Shown here: in pieces, positions 17,634 through 26,069 of the stretch
How the letters are laid out: each line of letters starts with the position of its first letter
Numbering within the stretch: position 1 is the stretch's first letter
Assembly: GCA_023488685.1 (NCBI GenBank)
Contig: JAMDDR010000084.1
Coordinates: forward strand, 1,916-65,915
Source of the DNA: Chloroflexota bacterium
Lineage (GTDB): Bacteria > Chloroflexota > Anaerolineae > J036 > Brachytrichaceae
DNA length: 64,000 bases
Reading direction: 5' to 3'
Notes under the pieces: generated by a model
What the model saw: the letters and a program-made list of their open reading frames with translations, nothing else
What the model was told of the DNA's origin: nothing
The model's database searches: none
Program-made: the position numbers and the translations under genes

Positions 17634-18935
17634 CTATAGATACTTGAGATCCTCCGCGCAGCGTTCCAGTTCCTCACGGAAATTGGGGTGTGCCACGTCG
17701 ATGAGCGCACGAGCTCGTTGTCGTATTGTCTTGCCGTATAAGCTGGCGACACCATACTCCGTCACCACATAGTGCACGTCGTTGCGCGTGGTCGTTACTC
17801 CGGCGCCGGGTTTGAGCATCGTTACGATCTTGCTGACCTGGCGTCCGTCGCGCAGTGTGGCAGTGCTCGTTAGTGCAATGATGGGTTTGCCACCATTGCT
17901 ACACGCTGCGCCGCGGATGAAATCGAGTTGGCCGCCCACACCGCTGTACAAACGGGGCCCAATGCTGTCGGCGCACACCTGGCCGGTGAGATCCACTTCG
18001 ATTGCAGAGTTAATAGCGACCATGTGATCGTTCTGGGCGATCAGGAAGGGGTTGTTAACATACTCAGTCGGCCGGAACTCCATGAGCGGGTTGTCGTGAA
18101 CGAAATCGTACAGACGTTGCGTGCCCAGGCAAAACCCGGCGATGATCTTCCCCGGATGCAAGGTTTTGCGCTCGCCGTTGATGATTCCCTGCTCGACCAG
18201 TTCGATGATCCCGTCGGAGAACATTTCGCTGTGAATGCCTAAATCGCGTTTGCTGCTGAGGTATGGCAATACCCCATTGGGGATCGCGCCGATGCCGAGT
18301 TGCAGACAATCTCCATCCTCGATCATGTCGGCGATGTACTTGCCAATCTTCTGGTAGAGCGGCCCTGTCTCGCTGCTGCGGAATTCGGGCAGCGGATAAT
18401 CCACGTCCACGCAGTAGTTGATTTTGGACATGTGGATGAAGCTGTCGCCCAGGGTGCGTGGCATGCGTGGATTCACTTCGGCGATCACCATGCGCGCCGA
18501 TTCTGCCGCGGCCTTTGTCACGCCGATTTCCACTCCGTATGAACAGAAGCCATGTTCGTCGGGTGGTGAAACGTGGACGAATGCTGCATCGAGTGGAAGT
18601 GTGGAACGCCTGAAGAGGAGTGGGATTTCACTCAGCAGACAGGGTGTGAAGTCGGCGCGCCCTTCGTTCACTGCTGCGCGCACGTTTTCGCTGATGAACA
18701 ATGTGTTCACCCGCAGGTGACCTTGCATGGCAGGCTGGACGTAATCGGCGTTGCCGATGGTAAGCACCTGGACGATTTCGACGTCCTGTAGCGCTGGCGC
18801 TCGACGGACCAGCGCATCCATCAATTGCTGCGGAAAGCTGCAGTTGCCAGTAATGAAAATGCGCATCCCGCTCTCGATGTGTGCAATAGCGTCATCGGCG
18901 GACATGGGTGGGTTGCAGATGGATAGGTGGTTCAT
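17634..18935 (-). CDS. acetyl-CoA hydrolase/transferase family protein (4-hydroxybutyrate CoA-transferase-like)
   Basis: 433 aa. The overall pattern (GNCSFPQQL, INSAIEVDLTGQV, SGVGGQLDF) is typical of Cat2/AbfT-type CoA-transferases. Confidence 0.8.
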   Translation of the reverse strand: MNHLSICNPPMSADDAIAHIESGMRIFITGNCSFPQQLMDALVRRAPALQDVEIVQVLTIGNADYVQPAMQGHLRVNTLFISENVRAAVNEGRADFTPCLLSEIPLLFRRSTLPLDAAFVHVSPPDEHGFCSYGVEIGVTKAAAESARMVIAEVNPRMPRTLGDSFIHMSKINYCVDVDYPLPEFRSSETGPLYQKIGKYIADMIEDGDCLQLGIGAIPNGVLPYLSSKRDLGIHSEMFSDGIIELVEQGIINGERKTLHPGKIIAGFCLGTQRLYDFVHDNPLMEFRPTEYVNNPFLIAQNDHMVAINSAIEVDLTGQVCADSIGPRLYSGVGGQLDFIRGAACSNGGKPIIALTSTATLRDGRQVSKIVTMLKPGAGVTTTRNDVHYVVTEYGVASLYGKTIRQRARALIDVAHPNFREELERCAEDLKYL

Positions 18936-18985
18936 ATTGCGAACTTGGGATATGAGATATGGAGATTCAAGACTGTTATAGCGAT

Positions 18986-19013
18986 TATCGCAACGAATAT
19001 CGTAACGAATCGC
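18986..19013. repeat. tandem 12-nt direct repeat (2.3 copies)
   Basis: TATCGCAACGAA TATCGTAACGAA TCGC, lying between the stop of GT-C A1 and the start of the CoA-transferase gene. Confidence 0.8.
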
Positions 19014-19015
19014 AG

Positions 19016-21166
19016 CTATTTGATTTCGAACCAGTGTAGCATCAAACTGTTTCCAGCGGCATCGTTGAGCGGGTCGTCGATGGACCGGCGTGTGCCGGAC
19101 GTGCGGTCATAAACGCCGACTCGGACCTGGTACACGCCGGGCTTCAAATTGTCTGGCAAAGCTACCCAATGCGGGTCGGTGACCACCTCGCCCTGTTGCC
19201 AGCGCGAGAAAGGATATGAGCCATACACCGGCTGCTGATCGGCTACCACGATAATTTCACCATTGGATTGGTCGACGATGTGGAGCAGCACAGTGTCATC
19301 CGGTTGCTGCGCTGCGGTGGATTGCCAGTAAAGTTCGACAGCGATCTCTCGTCTAGCCAGATCCACAGCCGCTTTTCCGCCCAGTAACGTCAACCCGCCA
19401 TCGAACACGGCGTTGCGTGTGGCCAGGGTGGGGGAGACCTCAAAGCTGCGAGGTGTGTCTTCAGCCTGGTAGATCACTGTGTTCGGCACCCCGTTACGCT
19501 CATACAATGTTTCCGTGGGGATCAACGTCTTGTGTTGTTTGGCCGCGCTACGTGCGAACACGTCCCAATGCCCTTGGAATGCCGTCGTCTCGGGCGTGTG
19601 AAAGACATAGATGTTCGAAGGATCGCGCAAGAGCACCGTGGAGACATCCGCGAACGTGGGCGATGGTTCCGGCAGATATTCGTACATCTCACGCATGTGC
19701 ACGCGCCCCTCTGTCAGGAACGTGACACTGCGCTCAAAACCCCAGTCCAGCGCAATCACAGGCCGGTTCGCGTAATTCGACTCCAGATCATGGGCGAGTG
19801 TGAAGATGGCATCGGACCACAACCCCCGGCCACCGGTCGTGACCAGGAATGTTTGGATCATCACATTGGTCGCGGTGTGGTTGATAACCAGTATGCCTAC
19901 GCCAACCGATGTGATCACGGCCGCCTGGCGCAGCGACATCCGCTGAGCGAGCCAGGCAAGCATGTCTATGAACGACCATGCGATGAGGAGCCAGGTCAGG
20001 GGTACGATGATGAATAGATGGCGCGCGCCGATGCTGCTGATACTAATCGTCCCCAACGGAATGACGGTGATGACGCACAACAGTAGCAGTAAACGCAGGC
20101 GAACGTAGCGCGGTTGAGCGATATCCGCCGTGGAACTCGTCCTCTGCTCCAGCGAACCTGCCTTGAGAGGTATATCGCTGCGACGACGGATGCATAGCGC
20201 CGCTGTGTAGACCAGGCTGGCGATCAGCGCGAGAGCGCCGAGTGGTAACCCGGCTGGTGCATCGAAGTGCAACGTGTCGCCGCCCAGCATGCGCACAAAC
20301 TCAACCGACTCAAACTGGATATTGCCCAACAGATCGAGGTTGTTATGGCCGTAGGTGCGCGAGCGCACGGCGTTCTCTGAGATGAACTGAAATGAGGCGC
20401 CGGAAGGGATATTGTGCACGATGAATGGCGCAAAGCCAAGGGCGCATGCGCACGCGCACAAGAACAGCGTCTTGATACCGATTGATCGAAGCAGACGCCA
20501 GAAGCCAGGAATGCCCAGGATGAGGATTGCGGTAAGGCCGATCGGCACAACAAGCCAGCTAAAAATCAGCTTCGTGGTCAGGCCCAGGCCAAACACAAAA
20601 GCTGCGGCGATCAGTATTGTGTTGCTGCGCGTGCGCCACCAGCGTGTAAGCAGCAGCAGAAACCCCAGCGCCAATGGCAACAGTGGCTGGGCGAAATGCG
20701 CGCCTGTGCGACTCCACCAGATGTATGCCGGTGCGCTGGCGCACAGGAGAACGGCAATGGCAGCGGTGAGTGGACCGGACCAGGTATGCGCGAGCCACCA
20801 CAGCAGGAAGATCGTGACTGCACCCAATAGCAATTGGCTGGTGCGCAATCCTTGTGTCGTCGTGCCAAACAGCGTCATGCCCACCAGGCTCGTGTAAATG
20901 GAGCTGGGGCCGGTGTAATGGCCCATCATCAAGGGCAGTCGCAATCCGAAGACCGTTACGGTGCTGAATGCGGTCGTCGGAAGGCCGTGGATCAATTCAA
21001 GCGCTGGAACGGCGTCGGCTGCTTCGTCATATTGCAGTCCTGGCAGATCCAGGTTGCTCAGACCAACGGAGAAATAGACCAGGTATGCGATCACCAGAGC
21101 AGTGAGAGCTACTGCGGTCTGCGTTCGTGTATGATTGCGTGCAACGCCCAAATGAGTCTCTACCAA
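19016..21166 (-). CDS. GT-C-fold membrane glycosyltransferase-like protein, class A copy 1 (ArnT/PMT-like) with a C-terminal soluble module
   Basis: 716-aa ORF. A many-TM N-terminal body carries an acidic first-loop motif LQYDEAAD. The soluble C-terminus reads ..ELYWQS..LLHIVDQ..ADQQP..SRWQQGE..YQVRVGVYDRTSG. The start is TTG 21166 or TTG 21151 (no ATG). Confidence 0.65.
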   Translation of the reverse strand: MVETHLGVARNHTRTQTAVALTALVIAYLVYFSVGLSNLDLPGLQYDEAADAVPALELIHGLPTTAFSTVTVFGLRLPLMMGHYTGPSSIYTSLVGMTLFGTTTQGLRTSQLLLGAVTIFLLWWLAHTWSGPLTAAIAVLLCASAPAYIWWSRTGAHFAQPLLPLALGFLLLLTRWWRTRSNTILIAAAFVFGLGLTTKLIFSWLVVPIGLTAILILGIPGFWRLLRSIGIKTLFLCACACALGFAPFIVHNIPSGASFQFISENAVRSRTYGHNNLDLLGNIQFESVEFVRMLGGDTLHFDAPAGLPLGALALIASLVYTAALCIRRRSDIPLKAGSLEQRTSSTADIAQPRYVRLRLLLLLCVITVIPLGTISISSIGARHLFIIVPLTWLLIAWSFIDMLAWLAQRMSLRQAAVITSVGVGILVINHTATNVMIQTFLVTTGGRGLWSDAIFTLAHDLESNYANRPVIALDWGFERSVTFLTEGRVHMREMYEYLPEPSPTFADVSTVLLRDPSNIYVFHTPETTAFQGHWDVFARSAAKQHKTLIPTETLYERNGVPNTVIYQAEDTPRSFEVSPTLATRNAVFDGGLTLLGGKAAVDLARREIAVELYWQSTAAQQPDDTVLLHIVDQSNGEIIVVADQQPVYGSYPFSRWQQGEVVTDPHWVALPDNLKPGVYQVRVGVYDRTSGTRRSIDDPLNDAAGNSLMLHWFEIK

Positions 21167-21168
21167 CG

Positions 21169-23208
21169 ATGAAACCTCGTACTTGCATCGAATTTGCGTT
21201 TCATGGCCGTTCAGTCGTGCTAGGTATCATTCTACTTGGCATCTTTGCACTGTATTCAGGCGCGCTGCGACAGGCGCTCATCTACGATGACCCCGTCAAC
21301 ATCACAGCACTGGCAACCCGCAACATAATCAGCCTATTCGACCTGCATCCCTACGGCACGGGCAACTACCGGCCGATGAGTTTCCTGCCCTGGCTGTTCA
21401 TGCGCGATTGGTTTGGCTGGTTTATCCCCAGCCTGTTGCATGCCTGGAATGTGTGGTCGCACGTACTCAATACAGCGTTGATTGCGTCGTTGGCGTGGCG
21501 ATTGGGTCGTCGTTTCGGCATGCGCAGCACCTTGTTGGCGGTGCTGTGCGGGCTGCGTTTTGGTCTATTTCCATTTTCGTATCAGGCCATTCTATTTGCT
21601 GGCGCCCTGCCACACCCGTTCATGGTCGCATTTGGCCTGGCTGCCGTCCATGCCTATCTGACCGCGCGCGGGCCAGGAAGCAAAGTGCATTTACCTCACA
21701 CGGTGCTGTGGCTGGTATGCATCCTGATGCTGCTCGCGTCCTTACTCAGTCACGAACAGGGCTTTGTATTCGGCGTGTTCATCTTGTTTGCCGATGTCAT
21801 GATCGCGTGGAGTCAGCGAAAGCGCCTGAGCGCCGGCGCATTTGCGGCGTGTGGGATAGCTCTTGCCTATGCGGTTTTCTATCGTCTCTTCATGCAAACC
21901 TATTGGACTGATACGTCGAACTGGGCGACGGGGCCAATGGGGTTATCCGAAATTCTAGCCAACTTTGGCTACCAGGCCCAGGGCCTGGTCTACGGATGGC
22001 TGGTTGCACTGCGCGACTATATCGGATTGCCTGAAAATGGCCAGATCCTCGTCCTTGTGATGCTCGGCGCAACGGCTGTGCTCACCGTGATCAGTTTTGT
22101 GCGCATGCGTTTACTGACCCTGGGTGTCATTACGGCGGGCTGGTGGTTGGTGGCTGTTGCTCCGTCGGTGTTATTGACGTCGCCCAACTATCTGCAGGTG
22201 AGCCCACGGCTCATGTACGTGCCATCCATTGGCGCCAGCCTGTTGCTGGGCATGTTGCTTGTTGCATGGGTGCGGTTGGTACGCCGGCCGTTGTTCCAGG
22301 GGGTCATCATTGCAGCGAGTCTTATCCTGCTGGCCTGGTGCGCGGGTTATATTGCGGATCGGTCGACTGAGAGCGATCATCTGGCAGTGGCGTTCAACCA
22401 GATCGATGCCGATTTGCAGCATTCTGATCCTTCGGCGCAGGTGCTTCTCATCAACCTGCCCTGGTGGAGCATCCCCGCGCGCCCGACATTCCCCATCGGC
22501 GTAGAGAGCATGCCGATCTACCTGGAGGGGGCCATGTCGCCATCTGACTACCTTGGCACCGTCAGTAATACCCGGCGCCAGACGGCACATATCCGGCATG
22601 ATATCTCTCTGACACACGGTGATCGTTACATGTATGGGATTGTAGGCGTGCCGCGGGATGATGCCGCACTGCGTGACGCTATCCTCAAATCGAACTACAT
22701 ATTCCGCTTTGACTATGACGATCCCTGGTTACGCGCGCGCCGATTGGCGATCGTCACTCTGGATCAAGGGGACGATGTTGTTGCCCGGCTGTCTGACGGT
22801 AAGGCACGTGTTATTCTGAGGGCGGCCAGCGCGCGCGCCTGTGAAAACCGTCTCAGGTTGGACTTGATCTGGGCCGATGTGGATAGCGCGGGTGAGTCAT
22901 TGGGTGTCTTTGTGCACGTGCTGGATAAGCAAGGGGCGCAGGTGCTTGCTGCCGATCGTGACCTGTTGGAGGGCTATTTACCCCTTGACCAGGTGCCAGA
23001 TAAGACAAAGGTCGCCGAGACACGCGAGATCGTATTGCCACAGCAGGTGGGTGAGGGGTCGTTTGATGGCCTGGCGGTGAGTGTGGGTGTTTACAACCGG
23101 GCGGACGTGAAGCGATTGGCTGCCGTGCGACAGAACGGCAGTATGTGGGAGGGCGACGCCATAACCGTGCCCGTGCGTGTTGAATCATGCCAAATGCCGT
23201 TCAATTAA
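21169..23208 (+). CDS. GT-C-fold membrane glycosyltransferase-like protein, class B copy 1 (TMTC/DUF1736-like N-terminus) with a C-terminal module
   Basis: LIYDDPVN...YRPMSFLPW...LLHAWNVWSHVLNTALIA, then about 10 TM segments. C-terminus: LDLIWAD..GVFVHVLDKQG..ADRD..VSVGVYNR. ATG 21169 (MKPRT..) aligns with the MTKPR start of its paralogue. Confidence 0.65.
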   Translation: MKPRTCIEFAFHGRSVVLGIILLGIFALYSGALRQALIYDDPVNITALATRNIISLFDLHPYGTGNYRPMSFLPWLFMRDWFGWFIPSLLHAWNVWSHVLNTALIASLAWRLGRRFGMRSTLLAVLCGLRFGLFPFSYQAILFAGALPHPFMVAFGLAAVHAYLTARGPGSKVHLPHTVLWLVCILMLLASLLSHEQGFVFGVFILFADVMIAWSQRKRLSAGAFAACGIALAYAVFYRLFMQTYWTDTSNWATGPMGLSEILANFGYQAQGLVYGWLVALRDYIGLPENGQILVLVMLGATAVLTVISFVRMRLLTLGVITAGWWLVAVAPSVLLTSPNYLQVSPRLMYVPSIGASLLLGMLLVAWVRLVRRPLFQGVIIAASLILLAWCAGYIADRSTESDHLAVAFNQIDADLQHSDPSAQVLLINLPWWSIPARPTFPIGVESMPIYLEGAMSPSDYLGTVSNTRRQTAHIRHDISLTHGDRYMYGIVGVPRDDAALRDAILKSNYIFRFDYDDPWLRARRLAIVTLDQGDDVVARLSDGKARVILRAASARACENRLRLDLIWADVDSAGESLGVFVHVLDKQGAQVLAADRDLLEGYLPLDQVPDKTKVAETREIVLPQQVGEGSFDGLAVSVGVYNRADVKRLAAVRQNGSMWEGDAITVPVRVESCQMPFN

Positions 23209-23933
23209 GTGTATTGTTGCCGGCTTATAACGAAGCCGGCCGGCTGCGCAGTAATCTGTACGAGACCATCCGGACGCTGGAGGGAGCGCCGTCCGTATCG
23301 GCGCAGACGGCATTTCACCCGTTTGAGCTGATCGTGATCGACGACGGCAGCAGCGATGGCACTGCTGCCGCAGCATTGGATGTGGCGCGACAGGACGGGC
23401 GCGTGCGGGTGATGTCATATAAGCCGAACGCGGGGAAAGGAGCCGCGCTGCGACGTGGCTTCGGATGTGCCCAAGGGTCGTTGGTGGCGTTTCTTGACGC
23501 CGATCTGGACCTGCACCCGCGCCTGCTCTTTGTGCTGCAAGATGCGATGCGCACACAACGTGCTGACGTTGTCATCGGTTCGAAACAGCACCCACAATCA
23601 CACATCGATTATCCTCTGTTGCGCCGTGCGTACAGCCTGGGGTACTTTGTGCTGGTCCAGGCGTTATTTGACTTACCCCTGCGCGACACGCAGACGGGTA
23701 TCAAGTTGTTCAAGCGTGAGGTGTTGGACTATGCCTTCCCACGCCTGTCCATTACAGGTTATGCGTTTGATCTTGAGCTGCTGGTGTTGGCGCATACAGC
23801 AGGCTATCGCATTACAGATGCGCCTGTCTCATTGACATCGCAACGAATGAACCGGCGCATTCGCCCGCGGGATGTGATGGTCATGTTGCGCGATACGATC
23901 AACCTGTGGCTGCGCATGCGGGCAAACCGATGA
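23187..23933 (+). CDS. GT2 family glycosyltransferase, polyprenyl-phosphate sugar synthase-like (DPM1/GtrB/ArnC type)
   Basis: 248 aa with SVLLPAYNE, VIDDGSSDGT, GKGAALRRG and LDADLD. It overlaps the end of class B copy 1 by 22 nt. Confidence 0.8.
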   Translation: MPNAVQLSVLLPAYNEAGRLRSNLYETIRTLEGAPSVSAQTAFHPFELIVIDDGSSDGTAAAALDVARQDGRVRVMSYKPNAGKGAALRRGFGCAQGSLVAFLDADLDLHPRLLFVLQDAMRTQRADVVIGSKQHPQSHIDYPLLRRAYSLGYFVLVQALFDLPLRDTQTGIKLFKREVLDYAFPRLSITGYAFDLELLVLAHTAGYRITDAPVSLTSQRMNRRIRPRDVMVMLRDTINLWLRMRANR

Positions 23934-23950
23934 ACGGATCTCATGCACCC

Positions 23951-26023
23951 TCAACGCTGCTTGATGGCAAGATTCACGCCGTTCTCGGGACTCTTTCCAT
24001 TCTCTGACACATTCACACCCTGGATATCAGGATAGCCATAACTTCCGATGCGGACATAGGCTGGTTCGGAAGGCATCGGGCCGGTGAAGGGAATGTCAAA
24101 CCGTTGCAAAAGATAGTCACCCACACGCCAGGACAACGGGTGGATGCCACTCCCATCAAGCTGGCCGAGTTTCGTGTCTCTGTCGAACAGGTGGTTGTAC
24201 CAGTGATAATCCACATTCTGGGGTGGTTCCTGGAACACGCGCAACACTGTTTCGACGCGCACTGCGTTGTTCACCGCTGAGATGCGGTAATGAGTCAGTT
24301 CGACGCCGCTTTCCCACTGCGCCGGCTGTGTTTGTGTAAAGTCACTCAAGTCGGGCATTTGTTTGACGCGCACGTAAACATAGCCACTGTTTAGCTCTGC
24401 TCGGATTGGTGTCATGCTGGTGATGACGTCGGAGGGTTTCAGGTAACTGAGTAAGCCCGCTAATGTGTTCTCAGTCCCGGGTGCGAAGATGTATGAGGTT
24501 CCTTCTGGCCGGAAGACCCAGCCATCGATATAGCTGTTGAGGAAACGATAAGGCATGTCGGCCAGCACCACCCCCAACAACAGGCCTTGTTCATGCCACG
24601 GCGTGACATAGTCTGGGACGACGACGACAACATCACCGTTAACACCCTCAGCCGCCGCTTGCCTGGCATGTTGGGCAGCTATCCACGCGCTACGCACCGG
24701 TAGTCCATAGCCGCCGTTGCTGGTGTCATGTTGCTCTACAAAATCCGCGAAACGCACCACGGTCGTGCACTGCCACAGGGTGATGACGCCTACCGTCACG
24801 GCTGCAAGCGCGGCGGTGGCTGTGCGTAGCCAGGCAAAGGTTCTCAGACGTGTTGCGTATGCCAGCACGCGATCGACGCCCAATCCCATCAGAATAAACG
24901 GCGCCGGGTAAAGCGGCAGCAGATAGTGCATTTGGATGGGTTGGGAATGTCGCATCTGCATCAATACAGGGATGCACCACCATGCCAGGAGCAACCAGAG
25001 GCCTATCCAGGGCGCACAGTTCCAGCGGCGTACGTGCCGTATGCAGACGACGGCCAGCAGCGGAATGCTGCTGGCAAGTAGGGCGATCTGGAGCGTCTCA
25101 ATCCCATTAAGCATCGCAGGAAGCTGGGCAACCCACATCCCGTAGGCGCCGTCCGTCAGATCACTGAGATGAGTGCCACCACTCTGCCACAGCGCGATGC
25201 GCAACGAGTCCAGGCTGAACGTCGCCTGCGCACCCCCAAAACCTAATATGGCGCGCGCGTTGCCAAACCCTTGTGTCGCGTCGTATCCCAGGTAGATAAT
25301 CGCCAGTGCAGCCAGGGGCAACAACCCCACCAGAGCAGGCATGGGGCGCAGCGTTCGCCAGCCCAGTAACACAGCGACAACCACAATCGGGACCAGATAG
25401 AGTGCAGACAGGTGAGAGCCTGTACACAGCGCCAGCCCCAGCCCCGCGATGGCCCATCCCCACGGGTTGCGGCGCTGCAGTGCCTCAAGCAGGCCGAATA
25501 AAAGGATGGCCGAGAACAACGGTGGTTGCAGGATGCCCAGGTTGCGAGAGAAGTAAACCGCCCAAGGCGCTGTCGCGAATAACAGTGTGGCGATCACCGC
25601 GACGCGCCCGTTGAAGTACCGCACGCACAGCGCCCAACACACTGCCACGGCCAATATGTCGAGCATGGCACGGTAAGCCGTGACGACGATGAAATCGTGT
25701 GTGAGGAGATAGGGCAATGCCAGTGTATACAAGTACACTGGCGGATGATTGGCGACTGAACCACTGTAAGGCGCCATGGACAACCAATGCCCATCTATGA
25801 TATCCAGAGCGAACCGTAGAGACGACGCCTCATCAAATCGCAGGTCTATCAGGTCGAAGCGGTAGAGACGCAGGAACACTGCGATTACAATGATGATGAA
25901 GGCGAGCAGGGGCCTCGCGTGCTTGTGTTTCGATACAGGGGAGATGCTTTGACGCAGACTCGACATGATCTTGAGTATGCCATAGCCCTTGCAAACCTTC
26001 ACAAGGCTGTTAGCTATTAACAC
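23951..26023 (-). CDS. GT-C-fold membrane glycosyltransferase-like protein, class A copy 2
   Basis: 690-aa ORF with first-loop RFDEASS and a many-TM body. C-terminus: VDYHWYNHLFD..GQLDG..LSWRVGDY..YVRIGSYGY. The longest ORF starts at GTG 26023; ATG 25966 (MSSLRQ) is an alternative. Confidence 0.65.
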   Translation of the reverse strand: MLIANSLVKVCKGYGILKIMSSLRQSISPVSKHKHARPLLAFIIIVIAVFLRLYRFDLIDLRFDEASSLRFALDIIDGHWLSMAPYSGSVANHPPVYLYTLALPYLLTHDFIVVTAYRAMLDILAVAVCWALCVRYFNGRVAVIATLLFATAPWAVYFSRNLGILQPPLFSAILLFGLLEALQRRNPWGWAIAGLGLALCTGSHLSALYLVPIVVVAVLLGWRTLRPMPALVGLLPLAALAIIYLGYDATQGFGNARAILGFGGAQATFSLDSLRIALWQSGGTHLSDLTDGAYGMWVAQLPAMLNGIETLQIALLASSIPLLAVVCIRHVRRWNCAPWIGLWLLLAWWCIPVLMQMRHSQPIQMHYLLPLYPAPFILMGLGVDRVLAYATRLRTFAWLRTATAALAAVTVGVITLWQCTTVVRFADFVEQHDTSNGGYGLPVRSAWIAAQHARQAAAEGVNGDVVVVVPDYVTPWHEQGLLLGVVLADMPYRFLNSYIDGWVFRPEGTSYIFAPGTENTLAGLLSYLKPSDVITSMTPIRAELNSGYVYVRVKQMPDLSDFTQTQPAQWESGVELTHYRISAVNNAVRVETVLRVFQEPPQNVDYHWYNHLFDRDTKLGQLDGSGIHPLSWRVGDYLLQRFDIPFTGPMPSEPAYVRIGSYGYPDIQGVNVSENGKSPENGVNLAIKQR

Positions 26024-26069
26024 AGTGTCTGACCGGCCCGTCTTGCATTAAACTGTGACTCACAGAACA

